Source of the DNA: Bdellovibrionales bacterium | Lineage (GTDB): Bacteria; Bdellovibrionota; Bdellovibrionia; Bdellovibrionales; Bdellovibrionaceae | Assembly: GCA_031370005.1 (NCBI GenBank) | Contig: JANMPT010000042.1 | Location: 1 to 39,035 of the forward strand | Direction of reading: 5' to 3' | DNA length: 39,035 bases | Part shown: positions 36,667 through 39,035 of the stretch, one piece after another | Position numbering within the stretch: the stretch's first letter is position 1 | How the letters are laid out: each line of letters begins with the position of its first letter | Program-made: the position numbers and the translations under genes | The notes under the pieces: generated by a model | What the model saw: only the letters and a program-made list of their open reading frames with translations | Told to the model about the DNA's origin: nothing | The model's database searches: none

Positions 36667-38136
36667 ATGGACCTAAACAACAAACAGCTTCTTTATAAAA
36701 TAGTGTGCGCACGCGACAAAAGATACGATGGACGTTTTTATTGCGGGGTTCATACAACTGGAATCTATTGCCGTCCGATATGTCCAGCTAGGCCCAAAAT
36801 AGAAAATGTTACTTTTTACCGAAGCTCGGCAGAGGCAGAAAAGGCGGGGTTTCGCCCTTGTTTGCGGTGCAGACCAGATCTTGCGCCCAATTCTGCGCAG
36901 TGGAACGGAACCGCAGCCGTCGTTGGAAGAGCGCTAGCTATGATTTCACGAGGAGAGATAGATAATAGCTCTCTTGACCAATTTGCCAATAAACTTGGTA
37001 TATCTGACCGCCATCTGCGTAGACTTTTCGAGGAGCATGTTGGTGCCTCACCAATAGATGTGGCTACTTCCAAAAGACTTCACCTTGCAAAACAACTACT
37101 AACTTATTCAACTTTGCCAGTAACAGAGGTTGCCTTTGCATCGGGATATCAATCAATTCGACGCTTTAATGAAGCATTCAAAGAGAAATTTCAAATGGCT
37201 CCCTCATCAGTTCGCAGGTTTAACGATCAAAGTTTCGATAAGAATTCAAATTTTATAATTATTGAACTTCCTGTCATTTCGCCATTTGATTGGGATCATA
37301 TCTTTGGATTCCTTAAAAATCATGGTGTCCAAGGTGTAGAGAGTTTTGGAAATGGATTGTATCAACGAAGCTTTCAAATCGAAAAGGCCGTCGGTGCAAT
37401 TGAAGTTGGATACGATAATAAAAAGATACAGTTGACCGCAAAGATTTCAATCTCAGATTCAGCCCATTTAAGGACTGTGATAGAACAAATACGTGATCTT
37501 TTCGATACACGCTTAAATCCACATGCTCATTTAAATGATCTTAAAGCTAAAGACGCTATTGCCTCATGCTATCGTGATGAATTAGGCCTTCGTATTCCAG
37601 GATCTTGGGAGCCTTTTGAAACTGCAATTTGTATTATCCTTGGACAACTTGTCAGCGTCGAACAGGCTAGGTCAAAAGTAAAAAGATTGGTCGCGCAGTT
37701 TGGCAAACAGGTTTCTAACCCAGTATTTCAAAACTGCACTCACTTATTCCCTACTGCTAAGGTTTTGGCCACAGCCAATTTCAAAGAAATTGGGGTCACA
37801 AAAGTTCGCGAGTTTGCACTTCGTGAACTTTCTAAACAGGTTTTGGAGAAACGAATTGATTTGTCGCGCACAGCAAACATTGAAACGACTAAAGAGCAGC
37901 TGCTCAGTTTTAAGGGAGTCGGGCCTTGGACTGCTGAAATGATCGCCATGCGCTGTTTGGGTGATGCAAATGCATTTCCAAAAACTGATCTAATAATCAA
38001 GCGTGCACTTGAACACCATAAAAATGAAAAAGGAGACTGGAGCCCATGGAATGCCTACATCGCCATAGCACTATGGAAAAAATATGCTTCAACGCTGTCA
38101 AAGAAGGCCAAGAAATCTACCACTACAGAACGATAG
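36667..38136 (+). CDS. alkA: Ada Zn-finger/AraC regulator fused to AlkA DNA-3-methyladenine glycosylase
   Basis: RDKRYDGRF, TTGIYCRPICPAR and GFRPCLRCRPD (Ada Zn site), an AraC HTH, ILGQLVSV, and the HhH motif GVGPWTAE...AFP..D. Confidence 0.93.
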   Translation: MDLNNKQLLYKIVCARDKRYDGRFYCGVHTTGIYCRPICPARPKIENVTFYRSSAEAEKAGFRPCLRCRPDLAPNSAQWNGTAAVVGRALAMISRGEIDNSSLDQFANKLGISDRHLRRLFEEHVGASPIDVATSKRLHLAKQLLTYSTLPVTEVAFASGYQSIRRFNEAFKEKFQMAPSSVRRFNDQSFDKNSNFIIIELPVISPFDWDHIFGFLKNHGVQGVESFGNGLYQRSFQIEKAVGAIEVGYDNKKIQLTAKISISDSAHLRTVIEQIRDLFDTRLNPHAHLNDLKAKDAIASCYRDELGLRIPGSWEPFETAICIILGQLVSVEQARSKVKRLVAQFGKQVSNPVFQNCTHLFPTAKVLATANFKEIGVTKVREFALRELSKQVLEKRIDLSRTANIETTKEQLLSFKGVGPWTAEMIAMRCLGDANAFPKTDLIIKRALEHHKNEKGDWSPWNAYIAIALWKKYASTLSKKAKKSTTTER

Positions 38137-38663
38137 ATTCGCCAGTTGGGATTATTACAATCATTGCCAATGATTCTGCGCTTGTATCTTTAATGTGGGG
38201 ACATAAATTACCAAAAGATTCGTATATAAAAGACAGTGGAAAATACAATCAGATACTTACCGCAACCGAGGTTCAGTTAAAGGAGTATTTTGCAGGACAG
38301 AGGACCGTCTTTGAAATTCCACTTGCTCCAAAAGGCACTGATTTTCAGAAGCGCGTTTGGCGGGAGCTTTCAAAAATTCCGTACGGAAATTTTATTTCTT
38401 ATGGTGAACAAGCACGAAGAATTGGGCGGCCAAAATCAGCCCGCGCGGTTGGTGCTGCGAATGGGAAAAATCCAATTGGCATTGTCATACCCTGTCATCG
38501 CGTTCTTGGCTCTACTGGCAGCCTTACTGGGTTTGCAGGCGGACTAGAAATGAAAAAGCAGCTCTTGGCAATTGAGGGTATTCGCCCTAGTCGAAACCAT
38601 TTCTTGCTTTACAAACCCCTGATCTCGACTAACAAGACTCTGCACCCGTGGGCTCCGTACTGA
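38073..38663 (+). CDS. ogt: Methylated-DNA-protein-cysteine methyltransferase
   Basis: Motifs DSPVG, GTDFQKRVW, IPYG..ISY, ARAVGAANGKNP and IPCHRV (acceptor Cys). The start is uncertain and overlaps alkA. Confidence 0.93.
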   Translation: MEKICFNAVKEGQEIYHYRTIDSPVGIITIIANDSALVSLMWGHKLPKDSYIKDSGKYNQILTATEVQLKEYFAGQRTVFEIPLAPKGTDFQKRVWRELSKIPYGNFISYGEQARRIGRPKSARAVGAANGKNPIGIVIPCHRVLGSTGSLTGFAGGLEMKKQLLAIEGIRPSRNHFLLYKPLISTNKTLHPWAPY

Positions 38664-38713
38664 AGCAACTTCCGACTCGATCAATTTGTCTGCGGCCACA
38701 TTGAGGGCTTGGG

Positions 38714-38863
38714 TCACTCATCAAACTGAAATTCACGAAGTGTTTGCGGGTATTTTGAATCAAGAAACTCCAACAGAGTGAGCGTCTTAGTGTAAATCCA
38801 GAATGCAACCTCTTCTAGCTCAGCTTTGAACTTGTCGGATTCTAGGACTTCGAATGCTTGCAT
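38714..38863 (-). pseudogene. 49-aa ORF resembling an internally deleted RelE/ParE-type toxin
   Basis: Manual translation gives MQAFEVLESDKFKAELEEVAFWIYTKTLTLLEFLDSKYPQTLREFQFDE*. The first strand-helix and last strand look ParE-like, and the middle appears missing. Confidence 0.4.
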
Positions 38864-39006
38864 TTAGCTGTGGGCGAATAGCCAGACCCGATTAACTTCA
38901 AAACGCGTAGTTGAAACTCAACTGGCCACTTAGACTTTGGCTTTTTTGATTTCCTAAATCTTTCACTGATTCGCGATAGTGATTTGATCTCTTCCTGAGT
39001 ATTCAT
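38842..39006 (-). pseudogene. 54-aa truncated transposase-accessory HTH fragment (IS66 TnpA/IS3 OrfA-like)
   Basis: Manual translation gives MNTQEEIKSLSRISERFRKSKKPKSKWPVEFQLRVLKLIGSGYSPTAKCKHSKS*. KWPVEF..RVL.LI.SG.S matches the start of HTH_Tnp_1-type domains, then breaks off. GAGGGGG SD. Confidence 0.45.
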
Positions 39007-39035
39007 GATGCCCCCTCATGAATTACTTCTCGGAA

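Noticed and set aside
39010..39035. GTAA on the minus strand as an IS66 terminal inverted repeat
   Set aside because: It is too close to the ORF start, no matching second end is visible, and the window ends here.
1..39035. CRISPR arrays, tRNA/rRNA genes, prophage or intact anti-phage defence operons
   Set aside because: No spaced repeats, cloverleafs or phage genes were seen, and the spacers are too short. The patatin has no neighbouring cyclase (CD-NTase), so CBASS is not supported.

Overview
Dense, mostly housekeeping chromosomal region from a Bdellovibrio-like predator (Bdellovibrionales). The taxonomic call is an inference from a close homologue of the B. bacteriovorus HD-GYP protein Bd1817, recalled from memory, and a hybrid MaeB. 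The window holds about 35 CDSs. Central and lipid metabolism: thiolase, maeB, a divergent ppc, fadD, acyl-CoA thioesterase. Amino-acid catabolism: hutG, kynA, DUF1338/HglS-like. tRNA and translation: hflX, cca, queG, and an rpmG missed by the ORF track. Also present are htpG, dcd and an Ada-AlkA/Ogt repair pair next to decayed mobile or toxin fragments at the right end. The most novel-looking element is a chemotaxis/c-di-GMP cluster at 10.5-17.3 kb: LuxR, cheY, cheX, a pseudo-receiver plus degenerate HD-GYP protein, and a Bd1817-like gene paired head-to-head with a CheA-P1/Hpt-like protein. That last protein has Asp in place of the phospho-His, a CheZ-like ExxGQ motif and a CheZ-like C-terminal CheY-binding tail. 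Next are a coupled outer-membrane barrel plus 1023-aa EF-hand-repeat lipoprotein pair, a PEP carboxylase with altered core motifs, and an orphan DUF2063-like protein beside a creatininase-family hydrolase. No rRNA, tRNA or CRISPR array was recognised. All family calls come from motif reading by eye; no database searches were run.
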